From: Octopus sinensis
Lineage: Eukaryota
Assembly (NCBI RefSeq): GCF_006345805.1
Contig: NC_043008.1
Span: forward strand, 76,260,001-76,324,000
DNA length: 64,000 bases
Direction of reading: 5' to 3'
Shown here: positions 1 through 11,765 of the stretch, one piece after another
Numbering within the stretch: the first letter of the stretch is position 1
How the letters are laid out: the number at the start of each line of letters is the position of its first letter
Program-made: the position numbers and the translations under genes
Notes under the pieces: generated by a model
The model's database searches: none
Seen by the model: the letters and a program-made list of their open reading frames with translations, nothing else
What the model was told of the DNA's origin: nothing

Positions 1-259
1 TTGTGTGGGGGGTGCGTGCATGCGTGTATAAGCAAATAGCTAGTTCTAAAATCTCGATATAGGATGTAAGTTGTAACAATCCTGAAAAGTAACGTTTGTT
101 GCCACTTCAACATGGCCGTTCTGGACGGATATTCATTACTACCATTTTTTTTTACCCCAGGAGGACGTCTCTTCCAGTTGGTTAACGACACAAGCTTTGT
201 CCGGATATTCTATAATCATCTGTTGCGTTCTTGTTCCATTTTGGGAATTTATATATACA

Positions 260-1050
260 TAGAGCGGCGTACGTACATTTTTGTTCACCTTGTAAGTATG
301 TATCTCAATTCTGTGCGAACTTTTTACTCTTTATTTTATTGCCCTCATACTTCTTTCCTCTTTTCTTTTTCTCGCCCCTCCTCTCACATTTCTTGGCTTT
401 CTCTTTCTTTAGTCTAACCACTTTTCCTCGTTTATCTCCCTTATACTTTCTCTATGTCTCTGTGATTCTCCCTCTTAATCGTTCTCCCCTTAATGTTTCT
501 CTCCTTCTGCCCCAACCTCACTCCTTTCTTCCCACGTGACCGGTGTTCGACCAAGCTTGATCTTTCTTTCTTGGCGTGACTGTCGGCCGTGAAGCATCTC
601 TTATATTCCTGTCTCATGACGTTCATTTCTTATGTCAATGTTTGCTCCTGCCTCAAGGCTTTCACTCCACACACGCCAACTCAATTTGACTCGTCTCTAT
701 TAGTCGAAAACCACCTGCTGTTATTTTTTTGCTGTTTGTATTTGTAATTGTGCAACATTTCCTCCGTTTTTGTTGTTTGGTTTTTAATCATTTTTTTCAT
801 TATTATTTTGTCTTTGTTGTCGTGCACATTCGTTTGCTTTCTCCCCAAATATTTCATGTTCTTAGCCAGATTTGAACTGTCTCGAGTGTTACCGACCGAA
901 ACTTAGAGATAATCTGGAAACTTGACTGAGGAGAGAAGGCCACACATTACCCGTCCTTTTCTCCCTGCCCATTTCTCGCTGTTTTCCTGTCCGTCTTTGT
1001 ATCATCTATCTGTCCGGATGTTTATTGTGAACTATTGCGTTCTTGTTCCA
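260..1050 (+). mobile_element. 3' non-coding region of a repeat family ('family A', probably PLE-derived), ending in (TA)n
   Basis: Homologous by eye to 1941-2265(-), 3045-3285(-), 29290-29570(+) and 29630-30170(-). Shared blocks are cacgtgaccggtg, ccagatt...aatctgg, acttgactgagga and terminal ttgcgttcttgttcca followed by (TA)n. A further terminal remnant lies at about 200-255. Confidence 0.6.
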
Positions 1051-1062
1051 TATATATATATA

Positions 1063-1340
1063 TTGAAACCTATAGTAAAAAATGCGGAAGACCTAATTGT
1101 GGTATATGCATCAAGCTTATTGAGGGATCGGAATACTCCTTCAAACGGAGTCAATGCTTAAAATACGGTAATACAGAAAAATAGGATTAAGCGAGCACAT
1201 CGATATTTGCACCTGTAACGAACAACCCAACTTTAGAATTGTTCCCCTCTATAAAGTCAAGGACAATGCAAACTATAATCAGCGCATTAGCAAAAAAACA
1301 TATTTTATCACAAAATATAAACCTCTTTTGAATGCTTCCA
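1063..1340 (+). pseudogene. Penelope-like element GIY-YIG endonuclease fragment (internally deleted)
   Basis: Hand translation gives PIVKKCGRPNCGICIKLIEGSEYSF (Cys linker) and then LSEHIDICTCNEQPNFRIVPLYKVKDN...YFITKYKPLLN. This matches the linker and C-terminus of the PLE at 4748-6280. The putative 3' UTR continues to about 1925. Confidence 0.75.
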
Positions 1341-1940
1341 CCACAGATGAAACTACTACGAGAATTTAGAGCAATTATAATCACTACTGCTACGACCATT
1401 TGGCCATTAAAAAAGATTCCACGAACAATCTACTGTGTCACACTATTCCTGTCTTTTTCTTTTGTTTGTCTTTCTTCCTCATCTTTTCATAATCCTCTTC
1501 TATCTTTCATACTCCTCTTCTTTCTTTCATACTCCTCTTCTTTTCATACTCCTACTTCTCTTCCTTCTTCATCTTCTTCTCCTTCCCCTTCTCCTCCTCT
1601 TTTTCTTCATCTCCTTGATCTTGCTCTCCTACATCTTCTCCTTCGGCTGCTCCTGCTTGAACTATCAATTCTCTGTACTCATGAAATTATTTCCTCAGAT
1701 TTGCTACTACTTACCAAGTACCCACAACAGAAGAGATACACAGACGAAGTATTTGAAGGGTATGGAAATATTTACAAAATATTTCAATTAATTTTTTTCT
1801 CCAATTTTTTTTATTATTCTTATTTTACTCCTAGTTGAAAAAGTTTAAAAGAAGGAAACTGGTACTAAAATGTACTTCAAGATAAAATTACTCTAGCATT
1901 TTCTACCTTTTTTATTTTTCATATAAATATATATATATAT

Positions 1941-2265
1941 AAATCCAAAAAATGGAACAAGAACGCCACAGACGACAATAAGACATCTGGACAGATACAC
2001 AATAAAAAGACAGACGTGAAAAACAGGAAAAAACGGACAGGATAAAACAAGGCGAGGACAGTAGTGGCCTTCTCTCCGCAGTTAAGTTTCCAGATTATCT
2101 TTACAGTTTCGGCCGATTACACTTGAGACTGTTCAAATCTGGCTGCCCCAAAAACCTAAGCTAAGAGCATTAAATATTTTGGGAGAAACCATGCGAATGT
2201 GTACACCAAAAACTAAAAAAAATATATTATTTGAAAAGAAAGCGAAAAAAACGGAGAAAATGTTA
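1941..2265 (-). mobile_element. family A repeat 3' end, reverse orientation
   Basis: Reverse complement of about 760-1050 (aatggaacaagaacgc; ccagattatct...gttcaaatctgg); abuts (TA)n at 1928-1940. Confidence 0.65.
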
Positions 2266-2270
2266 CACTG

Positions 2271-2728
2271 TAGTTGTGTGGTAAGTAGCTTGTTTACCAA
2301 GCACATGGTCTCGGGTTCAGTCTCACTGTGTGTTACCTTGGCCAGGTATCTTCAGCTATTTCCCCGGCCGACCAAAGCCTTGTGAGAGGATTTGGTAGAT
2401 GGAAGATGAAAGCCCGTCGTATATATATATATATATATAGCAATTAAGGACAACTACTTAATAAGGAAAACTTAACAAGAAATTGTCAGGTAGATAGCGT
2501 AAAAACCTCATAAGAGAAAAAATTTCGAAAAAAATTATTTCTTATTGAACATATTAATTTATATATAGAGGGCATTATACATACATGCCAGGAGGCATTG
2601 TATATACATGCCAAACGCTAAGAGGGACAATCAGTCATTTCTACCAAATTGGTAGAAATGACTGATTGTCCCTCTTAGCGTTTGGCATGTATATACAATG
2701 CCTCCTGGCATGTATGTATAATGCCCTC

Positions 2729-2803
<75 letters not shown>

Positions 2804-3040
2804 TGTATGTATGTATGTATATGTTTGTGTTTCTGTGCTTGTCCCCACTACTTTTGCTTGACAACCGATGCTGGTGTGTTTACATCTCCGTAACATAGCG
2901 GTTCGGCAAAAGAGACCGATAGAATAAGAATTAAGCTTACAAAAATAAGTCCTGAAGTCGATTTGTTCGACTAAAGGCGATGCTCCAGCATGGCCGGAGT
3001 CAAATGACTTAAACAAATAAAAGAAAAGAATAAAAGAATA
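2271..3040 (+). mobile_element. tRNA-derived SINE (family 2, internal microsatellite) interrupted by an insertion at 2440-2739
   Basis: Head tgtgtggtaagtagcttg...gggttcagtc (A/B-box-like), internal (TA)/(TATG)n, and 3' part ending ggcgatgctccagcatggcc...aaataaaaga. Homologous pieces at 7575-7755(+), 23000-23058(-) and 42335-42498(-). Confidence 0.75.
2557..2739. repeat. perfect 183-bp palindrome (91-bp arms, 1-nt spacer at 2648)
   Basis: 2557-2647 is the exact reverse complement of 2649-2739 (checked base by base); centre tttctaccaa-a-ttggtagaaa. Confidence 0.95.
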
Positions 3041-3044
3041 ATTA

Positions 3045-3285
3045 CAAAAACAAGCAATAAGAAAATAACGACAGGTGTCTTTCGACTAACAGAAACTAAT
3101 CAAATTGAACTGGCTCGTGTAAAGAGAAAGCTTTGAGACAGGAACATAGGTGATGGACATAAGAGATGAAAGACATGAGACAGAAGTATAAGAGGTGCTT
3201 CGTGGCCGGAAGTCAAGCCAAGAAAGACAGATCATGCTCGGCGAACACCGGTCACGTTGAAAGAAAGGAGAGAGGTTGGGGGCAT
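3045..3285 (-). mobile_element. family A repeat internal fragment
   Basis: Reverse complement of about 505-720 (cgaacaccggtcacgt; tcaaattgaactggc). Confidence 0.6.
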
Positions 3286-3328
3286 ATATATGTGATAAAC
3301 ACAAGTTTATATTATTTGTTCTTCACAA

Positions 3329-3545
3329 GGCGGTGATTTGGCAGAAATATTAGCACTCCGGGTGAAATACTTTGCAGCATTTCGTCTGTCTTCATGTTCT
3401 GAGTTCAATTTCCGTGGAGGTCGACGTTGTCTTTCATCCTTTCGGGGTCAATAAATTAAGTACCAGTTGCGTACTGAGATCTATCTAATCGACTGGCCCT
3501 CCCCAAAAATTTCAGGCTTCGTACCTAGAGTAGAAAAGATTATTT
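3329..3545 (+). mobile_element. tRNA-derived SINE (family 1) with target-site duplication
   Basis: ggcggtgatttggcagaaatattagc head, B-box-like gagttcaatttcc, core tttcatcctttcggggtc...aagtaccagttg. Flanked by attatttgttc(t/c)tcac at 3311-3326 and 3539-3554. Confidence 0.85.
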
Positions 3546-4747
3546 GTTCCTCACGTACGTTTGAGTGTCCTGGTTTGTAAAACCACATTATTGGATGTGC
3601 CAAGAGCAGCTGGAGGCCTAACCACGACGGATTATCAACAAAACACTTTATTGTCATTCGACATAGAAAGTGAAAAATAAATAAAATAATATAGAATAAA
3701 TAAAGTAATATAAAATAAATAAAGTAATAAAGAAAAATAAATAAAGTAATTAAAATATTCTAGAGATTGAGAGAGATATAAAGAAAGGCAGCCTGATGGG
3801 AAGACAGAGAGACAGTGAGAAAGAAAACAAAATATGGAAAAAGAAAACGAAAGAGAGGGAGAGAGTGGACAGGGATAATGACGATAGGCAATATGTTGTA
3901 GTGTATTGGAAACAAGCGCATCTATTTTTAATTATTAGAAAATAAATTGGAAAACAAATTTTAACTGAGATATGAAAAAAAAGTATGTGATTGGGTCATA
4001 AACATTTATGTAAGTAGACACTATAGGTAAGAATAGTTTAATTTGTATTTTCAATGCGAATAAATACAAAGTTACAAGGAGGTATAAAAGCATAGATTTA
4101 CACACACATGCTCATACATATATACATGCACACACACACTCACACAAACGCATACACACATATATGCATACAGACATACATATGCACACATGCACGCATA
4201 TGCATATATATGTAAATGGACATACATATATGTTGTATATACACGTGTGTGCGTATCAAGAGAGGGAAAGAAGGCAGATACTTTAGTATGTACTTTGCCT
4301 CTCTTTAAATGTTAAAGGCTTATCTAAGCCATTATTAAAACCAATTTCCGTCAACAGCATAAGGAATGAAGACAGAAAATGGATAGAAGAAGAAAAGATG
4401 GAGAGAAAAATAACGTGTCTGGATTAATGGTTGCACATTTTGAAAATATATGTGTGTGTTTGTGCGCGAGCGAGTGTGTATATACTTACATATGTATATA
4501 TAGATATAGATACTGATATATATATATACACGCATATATATATACACACACATATATATATATATATATGTATATGAAAAAAAGAATGAAAATGCTTTTT
4601 TTTAAATTAGGTACATTTAAATTTCTTTATATAAATACATTAAAAATGTTTTTGTCTTATATGCTTCGGCTGTTTTTCAACCTTATCAAAAATATGTACT
4701 TATATGAAATATTTAGAGAAAAAAATTATAAATAAAATTATCAAGTG

Positions 4748-6280
4748 TATTCTACGGTATTCTCAAAATCCACAAAAGCAGAAAAATAAGCTAGGCATCC
4801 AAAGAATGTACAGACATAATCATCAAATTCCCCTCTCCTAATGAACCCTTCCTCAAACATATCAAGAGCTACATTAGTGATGATCTGGACATGCTCAAAC
4901 ACCTCCTAAAAACTGTCAACGAGAAAATCCAGCTAGTATCCTTCGCCGTGGCCAACCTATATTCAAACATCCCCCACACCGTAGGAATAGAAGCAATCAC
5001 ATTCTGGTTAGACAACTACACCTATGGACTCCCCTCTCGCATCAAAAGAGAACTCATAATAGAAGGTTTGCGATTCATCCAAGAGAATAATTATCTTAAT
5101 AATGACTACTTCCGACAAAAATCGGGAACAGCAATGGGAACACGGATTGCGCCTTCTTTTGCGAACCTGGTAATGGGCTATCTCGAAATTAAACTATACC
5201 AGAAAACACTCGAGAAATATAGAAACTCCTTTTCAACCTACATGCAAATAAACTTAAAAAGATATTTTGATGACTGCTTCATCCTCTGGAATGGAAGTGT
5301 AGAAAAACTTAATGAATTCAAAACACTTCTATCCAGGAACAGCTACCGTTTTTAGATATCCTTATTAAGAAAATCGGGAACAAAATAGAGACAGATGTCT
5401 ATTACAAACCTACGGACTCGAAACAGTACCTGCCACTCGAGACATACCTGAATAATATCTCCTATTGTTTAGCTAAAAGAATATGCACAATAGTATCACC
5501 CGTTACAAATACCCGTTGCACACGACTCCAGGAATTAAAAGCCACTCTCATCAACAGGAATTACTCACAACCTTTAATCGACAATACGATCCAACGAGTC
5601 CTTAAATTAAATACACAAGAACTTAGACAACTAAGACCAAAGAAGGAAGAAAAATTGAAAACCTTGCCTTTCATCCCCACAAACAACCCACATAACAAGG
5701 CTTTCAACACTATGCTTCATACCACAGCTCTACTCAAGAGGGACCAAAGATGAATCAAATCCTCCAAACACAAACAATCATCAAAAGTAAGAGACAGTCA
5801 AAATCAATGAAAAGGATTTTAACCCAGGCCATATTACACTCAACAGTAACCACAAAACCGACAGTAAAAAGTGCGGGAGGCCCAAATGTGTTAACTGTAT
5901 AGAAGGATCGGAATACCGATTAGAAGGATCGGAATACCGATTAGAAGGATCGGAATACCGATTAGAACAAGGACAATATTTTACCATAAAAACTAACTTT
6001 ACATGTGCATCGGAGAATTTGATTACTTAATTACATGCAAACGGCAATATATTGGACACATAAAAAAAACAGCCTACTTCAGAAGATGTCGGTGTACAAA
6101 TCCCAAATGAGAATTCCGGAATACAAGACAAGATCTGTCAGTGAACACATAGACAGATGTGCATCCAATAAATATCTCGAATTCACAACTTTTCCATTGT
6201 ACAAATTCAAAGACAATGCTTGCCAAAATGAACGTATTTGCAAGGAAATGCATTTTATAAGTATCGACCGAGTCTAACTT
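4748..6280 (+). pseudogene. Penelope-like retroelement RT + GIY-YIG endonuclease, 5'-truncated and frameshifted
   Basis: Motifs FYGILKIHKS, LVSFAVANLYSNIPH, RQKSGTAMGTRIAPSFANLVMGYLE, KRYFDDCFILW, LPFLDILI..IETDVYYKPTDSKQYL, Cys linker KKCGRPKCVNC, and GIY-YIG C-terminus SVSEHIDRCA..FTTFPLYKF (ORFs 4891-5355 and 6035-6277). Confidence 0.9.
5900..5967 (+). repeat. 21-bp tandem repeat, 3.2 perfect copies (tagaaggatcggaataccgat)
   Basis: Units at 5900, 5921 and 5942, partial at 5963; in-frame (I/L)EGSEYR repeat in the PLE linker. Confidence 0.95.
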
Positions 6281-6305
6281 CTTTACGCTCGGAAACTATA
6301 TGTAT

Positions 6306-6822
6306 ATTACATCGAAAAATGCGAGCATGTAAAGTAATATTCTTAAGATTATAAACTTGTAAAAGTACAGGACAAGTTATTACACCTGTAAAAGTATAGG
6401 ACAATCTATTACTTCAAGTAAAGCAAAGAATAAGAAACTTTTTACTTAAAATATTGCTGCAAAGAATGCCAGTTCTAATTTATCACTCTTTGCAGTTCCA
6501 TCTATTAAATTTATTGTACAAAATTGTTCAGCTAATTTGTAAGTTTGTCTAATTAGTCACTTATTTCTGTATTTAAGGTAGTAAAGTAGCTAAATTCTAC
6601 TTAAATAAATATAGTGTTATTTCTAAACTATAATAAAATAAGTTTTAATATTCAAATTTTAACTTTAGCTGCAATATTTTAAGTAAAAAGTTTCTTAATC
6701 TTTACTTTACTAGAAGTAATAGATTGTCCTATACTTTTACAGGTGTAATAACTTGTCCTGTACGTTTTCAGGTTTATAATCTTAAGAATGTTACTTTTCA
6801 TGCTCGCATTTTTCTATGTAAT
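6306..6822. mobile_element. MITE/fold-back element with ~155-bp terminal inverted repeats
   Basis: 6306-6460 (attacatcgaaaaatgcgagcatg...acttaaaatattgc) matches the reverse complement of 6671-6822. Each arm holds two direct repeats tgtaaaagta(c/t)aggacaa...tattac. No ORF. Confidence 0.8.
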
Positions 6823-7382
6823 CCATGATTTTTCTAGGTATTGCTGTTATAGGATAGTTAATAATGCGTCAATAATTTAAGGTTTACCTTCTAAAATACT
6901 GAAAGATAATATTTCAATTTTTCCATGTTTCATTTAAATATATGTTGTAATTGAATTATTTATTAATGGCAGGGATTCTTACCATGTTGTTGGTTTCACC
7001 ATGGCTCACCAAAGTTACAAGCAAAAAGATTCCAAAACCATCCGTTACTAGGCTCACCTTAAGTAACCTAATTTTGCAATATTAAGAGGCCACATGAAGT
7101 CATTCAACTAAAAAAATTCCAATGATTCAGGGATTGGGAGGAACCCTTACCTCATCTTTTTCGAAACAAAATAAGGGATTTGCAGCATATTATGAGGTCA
7201 GGGTACTTGATTCCACACAAAAAAATCCTTTTTTTTTTCTTAGTGAAAATCGGGCGGATGTTAATATAGAATTTTATCATAATGTTGTTATTTAGCCTCA
7301 AATAAGCCCTGATACTGCAAATCTATCATCAAAGACATTCCAGCCTTCAGCAAACCATCTTTTCAGGGATAATGTAGGACAC

Positions 7383-7755
7383 TAGCACGCCGGGCGTAAT
7401 GCTTAGTGGTTTTTCGTCTGCTGCTACGTTCTGAGATCATATTCCGCCGATGTCGACTTTGCCTTTCATCTTTTCGGGACGCGCTGGGGTCGATATATTC
7501 AACTTAATCCGTTTGTCTGTCCTTGTTTGTCCCTTCTGTGTGTAGCCCTTTGTGCGCAGTAAACAAATAAGAAACTGAAAGAAGCCTGTCTTGTATATAT
7601 ATATATATATATATATATATACAAGCGGTTCAGCTTGTATAGAGGATAAGTACTAGGCTTGCAGAGAATGAGAGCTAGGGCCGATTTGTTTGGCTAAAGG
7701 CGGTGCTCCTGCATGACTGCAGGCTAATGACTGAAGCAAATGAAGGAATAAAAAA
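7383..7755 (+). mobile_element. SINE family 1 (partial, to ~7575) followed by a SINE family 2 3' fragment
   Basis: tagcacgccgggcgtaatgcttag...gtcgactttgcctttcatc, then aaactgaaagaagcc-(TA)n-...ggcggtgctcctgcatgactgc. Confidence 0.7.
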
Positions 7756-7789
7756 ATATTAAATGCATACACATTGTTAGAAGTATCAT

Positions 7790-8330
7790 TCTGTGGAATT
7801 CTCTGAGATAAAAGCTCATTTCCACTGTACTATACATTCTTCCTCTGGTGTAGTAGGTGGTTACGCTTTTCACATTTTCTAGACATTTCTCTATAGCCTC
7901 CTCAGTCTCAATTTTCTTTCTGGATAAGGACAGCTTTCTGTATACCACTGTCCTTCTCCTGATACTTTTCGTTACTTCCTCTGGAGGGGTCAGTCACAGA
8001 CTTCCCCCTCCTTCTGGAGCAACTCCCCGTGTCTTCCAGTCTCCCAGGCTTCTCGATGTTTCTTACTATCTATCGCACTTCCAATGTGCTTGTAGCGTTC
8101 GTCTCCCGCCACCGCAGCATAACTCCCAACATGTTCTGGCTAATATTCCATTTCAAAATTCTTTTCCTCAAACTGGGGAAAAAAACGTCAATAAAAAAAA
8201 GAATCCCGTAGGCGAATCCGCAGTAACAACAGAACACTGGGCTTTACACTGAACAATCAACAACTTCCTCTCGCAATCAAACTTATAAGAAGTGGTCCAG
8301 TCCATTCTCATCTGGGGGCGTCCTACTCTC
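7790..8330 (-). mobile_element. possible non-LTR retrotransposon 5' end / ORF1 fragment
   Basis: GC-richer, protein-like frame RRTVVYRKLSLSRKKIETEEAIEKCLENVKSVTTYYTRGRMYSTVEMSF. The resemblance to LINE ORF1 is from recall only; no diagnostic motif. Confidence 0.3.
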
Positions 8331-8763
8331 GCAAAACATTATCTATGGCAATCTAGGGGAAATATTTTCTAATTAAGCTCTGTCAAGCTAATGCATTTTC
8401 CAAAATTACCAGTTCTGTATTCAAATACTCACGAAATACGCGATTTTTGGGTGACTTTTTACGAAATTACTACAGATATATTATCATTAATGAATTTCAA
8501 ATTAAAATCAACTGAACTGTGGAAAACTAGCTGCTTTCCAGTACAGACTGGCAGTCGAGCATTTGCAGGCCATTCCTTTCACGGACGCTTTGGAACTTGA
8601 GAAACGTAAGCGAAGCAGAAAACGATTAGCAGAATAACACTTGGCATAGGTTTAGTGCATTCAAAATTGGCCAGATTGCTTGGTTAAGGGTCTCTGTGTG
8701 AGATTAAAGACTTTCAACTACGTCCTCTAACATACACACACGTGCAAGCGCGCTTATGTGTTT

Positions 8764-8800
<37 letters not shown>

Positions 8801-8805
<5 letters not shown>

Positions 8806-9057
8806 TAATAATAATAGGGAATAAATCCAAACTTACAGGGAAAAATTAGACTTAGGATTAAATCCAATTTTATAGTATAAATATATTATATTATATTATA
8901 TTATATTATATTAGAGATAAAACCACTATTAGGCAAATCAAACAGTGAAAAACATAAGCCAATACATAAAATTAATTTTAAAATATAAAAGTTAAAAATT
9001 AAAAAAATATTTAAATAATTTAAACTTATATATAATTTTAAATATATATATACAAAT

Positions 9058-9088
<31 letters not shown>

Positions 9089-10125
9089 GTATATTTTTAT
9101 ATTTATATATTATTATATTTATTATTTATATTTATTTATTTATTTATTTTTTATATAAATATCAAAAGTATTAAAAGTTTAATAAAAGATAAAGAGTAAA
9201 ATACTACGATCGTTTCATGGCTGTACCAATTCGAATAACAATAATCTAAATTCAATTAATAGTTCGTGTTATGGTTACAGTCAATATTCAGATTAATTGA
9301 AATATTTTTAAAATAAACAGAAATATTTAAACAATATTTTCAAGATATAAATAATATAATAATTTTACTTATAATAAACCATATTATCAAATTAGTAACT
9401 TAAAACTTTACAATTATGATTATATCAAAATCGGTTATAATGTTAAATATTAATTTTAATTTATAAGGTAAGAAACCCACCAATAATCTGATATATGTGT
9501 TAGTCTATATCTAATTACATAAATATTTAAAAATTTAAAAAAAGAAAAAAAATGACTATTATATATCAATTAATATTTAACATTATAATCGATTTTGATA
9601 TAATCATAATTGTTAAGTTTAAAGTTTCTAGTTTGATAATAGAGTTTATTATAAGTAAAATTATTATATTATTTATATCTTAAAAATATTGTTTAAATAT
9701 TTCTGATTATTTTTAACATATTTCAATTAACCTGAAGATTGACTGTAACCATAACACGAATTATTAATTGAATTTAAATTATTGTTATTCGAATTGGTAC
9801 AGCCATGAAACGATTGTAGTGTTTTACTCTTTATCTTTTATTAAACTTTTAATACTTTTGATATTAATATAAAAAAAATTATTAAAAAAAAATAAATAAA
9901 TAAATAAATATAAATTAATAAATATAATAATATATAAATATAAAAATATACATACATATATATATATATATTTGTATATATATATTAAAAATTTATGAGT
10001 TTAAATTATTTAAATAATTTTTTACTTTTTAACTTTTATATTTTTTAATTAATTTTATGTATTGGCTTATGTTTTTCACTGTTTCATTTGCCTAATAGTG
10101 GTTTTATCTCTAATTTAATAGAATA
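8801..10125. mobile_element. AT-rich fold-back element (probable PLE 3' repeat plus inverted copy) in (TA)n
   Basis: About 8905-9455 is the reverse complement of about 9569-10125 (e.g. ttagagataaaaccactattaggcaaat / atttgcctaatagtggttttatctctaa). Spacer about 110 bp; hammerhead-like motif in each arm. Confidence 0.8.
9725..9825 (+). ncRNA. type-I hammerhead ribozyme-like motif
   Basis: CUGAAGA 9732-9738; long helix II (tgactgtaacc/ggtacagcca); GAAA 9807-9810; cgattg-UA. The mirror arm (9205-9291, minus) has the perfect palindrome ACGATCGT. Helix I is weak. Confidence 0.55.
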
Positions 10126-10137
10126 TATATATATATC

Positions 10138-10172
<35 letters not shown>

Positions 10173-11765
10173 ATGCACGTGTGTATATATATATATACAT
10201 ACATACATATATGCATACACACATACACACATACACACACACAGACAAACACACACACACACATATATATATATATAAATTCTTATGCTTTTGCGGTTAC
10301 CAGATGATGACGAAAGTTAATAAATATGTGACTCAGAGCTGATATAATGTCGTACTTCTGGACGTTACGTGTTACTGTATTAATGTAGATTTTGATAATT
10401 AGGGTTGTCGCGTTCAAAGATATGAAGAGAAAAGTGAGCTAAACAGGATTTATCTTAATGAATAAAGGGGTGTATATTGACGAATTTGACAGTAAAGTGT
10501 TCACTCTGAGTATAACTGGTAACTTCTTCATGGATGTTCTTTCACGTTATTTAACTAAGGAAATTACAATTTCAAAAGACTAGTAGAAAATACGCAGATA
10601 TCGATGTATGTGTATTTATATATATATATGTATGTGTGTGTGTGTGTGTGTGTGTTCGTGTGTGTGTATGTGTGTGTGTATGTGTGTATGTGTGTGTATA
10701 CATTACGGATGTATATATATATATTTGTTATAATTATGTGTTAATTACTATTTCTATTATAAAACAAACGGTAATTTCCAGAACATTGATTAACTTGGCA
10801 ATTAACTGTGTTTTTATTGATGTAGTTTTCTTTTCTCTTAATATTTTTAAATATATGTTTCCGATTTATTTTTTATTGCAATCTTTATCCGTCAACGATT
10901 TCATATTATTTATTTATTGTTTCATTAGTGCTAACATTATTTGTATTATTGTCAATGCAGTTACCATCATAATCATCATCTTGAACATCATATGTAATGG
11001 CATACACTGTAAATTTAAAGTAGGAAGGAGAATGTGGGTGAAAAATTCTATTAGAAATGGTTCCTGAAATCATTGTTCTGAACGAAATAAAGCATTATAA
11101 GATTTATTTTGATATTGCACTCAGCGGAAACACAAAACAATTTGAGGAGTTTTATCATCGGTATTATAAGAAACAACTGACAAATACATAATGTTGTCTT
11201 TGTTCCACTTGTGATGTCAAGCAAGAGAGTCTGCAGAATGCTACAGATGAATGAACTTAGTGATTAAAGTGTTTAATTCTTCACGCTTGACTTGTTCTAT
11301 TGCTATTCAAAGGATTTAGATTAAAATGATATATCTACGAACTAAAACTGGTGTTCTTTGTCTGAAATCTGATATCGACCTATATCAGAAATGATTAATT
11401 AAGAAAGTAAATTAACATTGCTACATTGCTTTATTAAGTAAAGAGATGGGTGGAGCACTGCAGGAATATAATGAATCCTTTCCAAGTCCCAGTTACGTCA
11501 TTTTATGTTATAAGTTCATATCACACAAGGAGTGGCTTTCAGTTTTAGGTCGATACGCTGAAAGTTTATGACGTTCCTGCTAGTGGATCAGTTGCCAGTA
11601 TCCTGGTGTTAGATTTTTTGCATTTAAACTATAAAAATAGATCCACTGTCAGCTGTTAAACACACATATAAACAAACGCACACATACACACACTTACGCG
11701 CACGCACGCACAAGCACACACACACACATACGCACGCACACATATGTATATATATATATATATAT

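Noticed and set aside
1332-1838. 168-aa and 118-aa Ser/Leu/Phe-rich ORFs
   Set aside because: Pyrimidine-rich low-complexity 3' region of a PLE; no domain signal.
3329-3420. SINE heads as tRNA genes
   Set aside because: A/B-box-like motifs only; no cloverleaf, and they continue into SINE bodies with TSDs.
5900-5967. Short direct repeats as a CRISPR array
   Set aside because: No spacers and a eukaryotic context; it is a simple tandem repeat.
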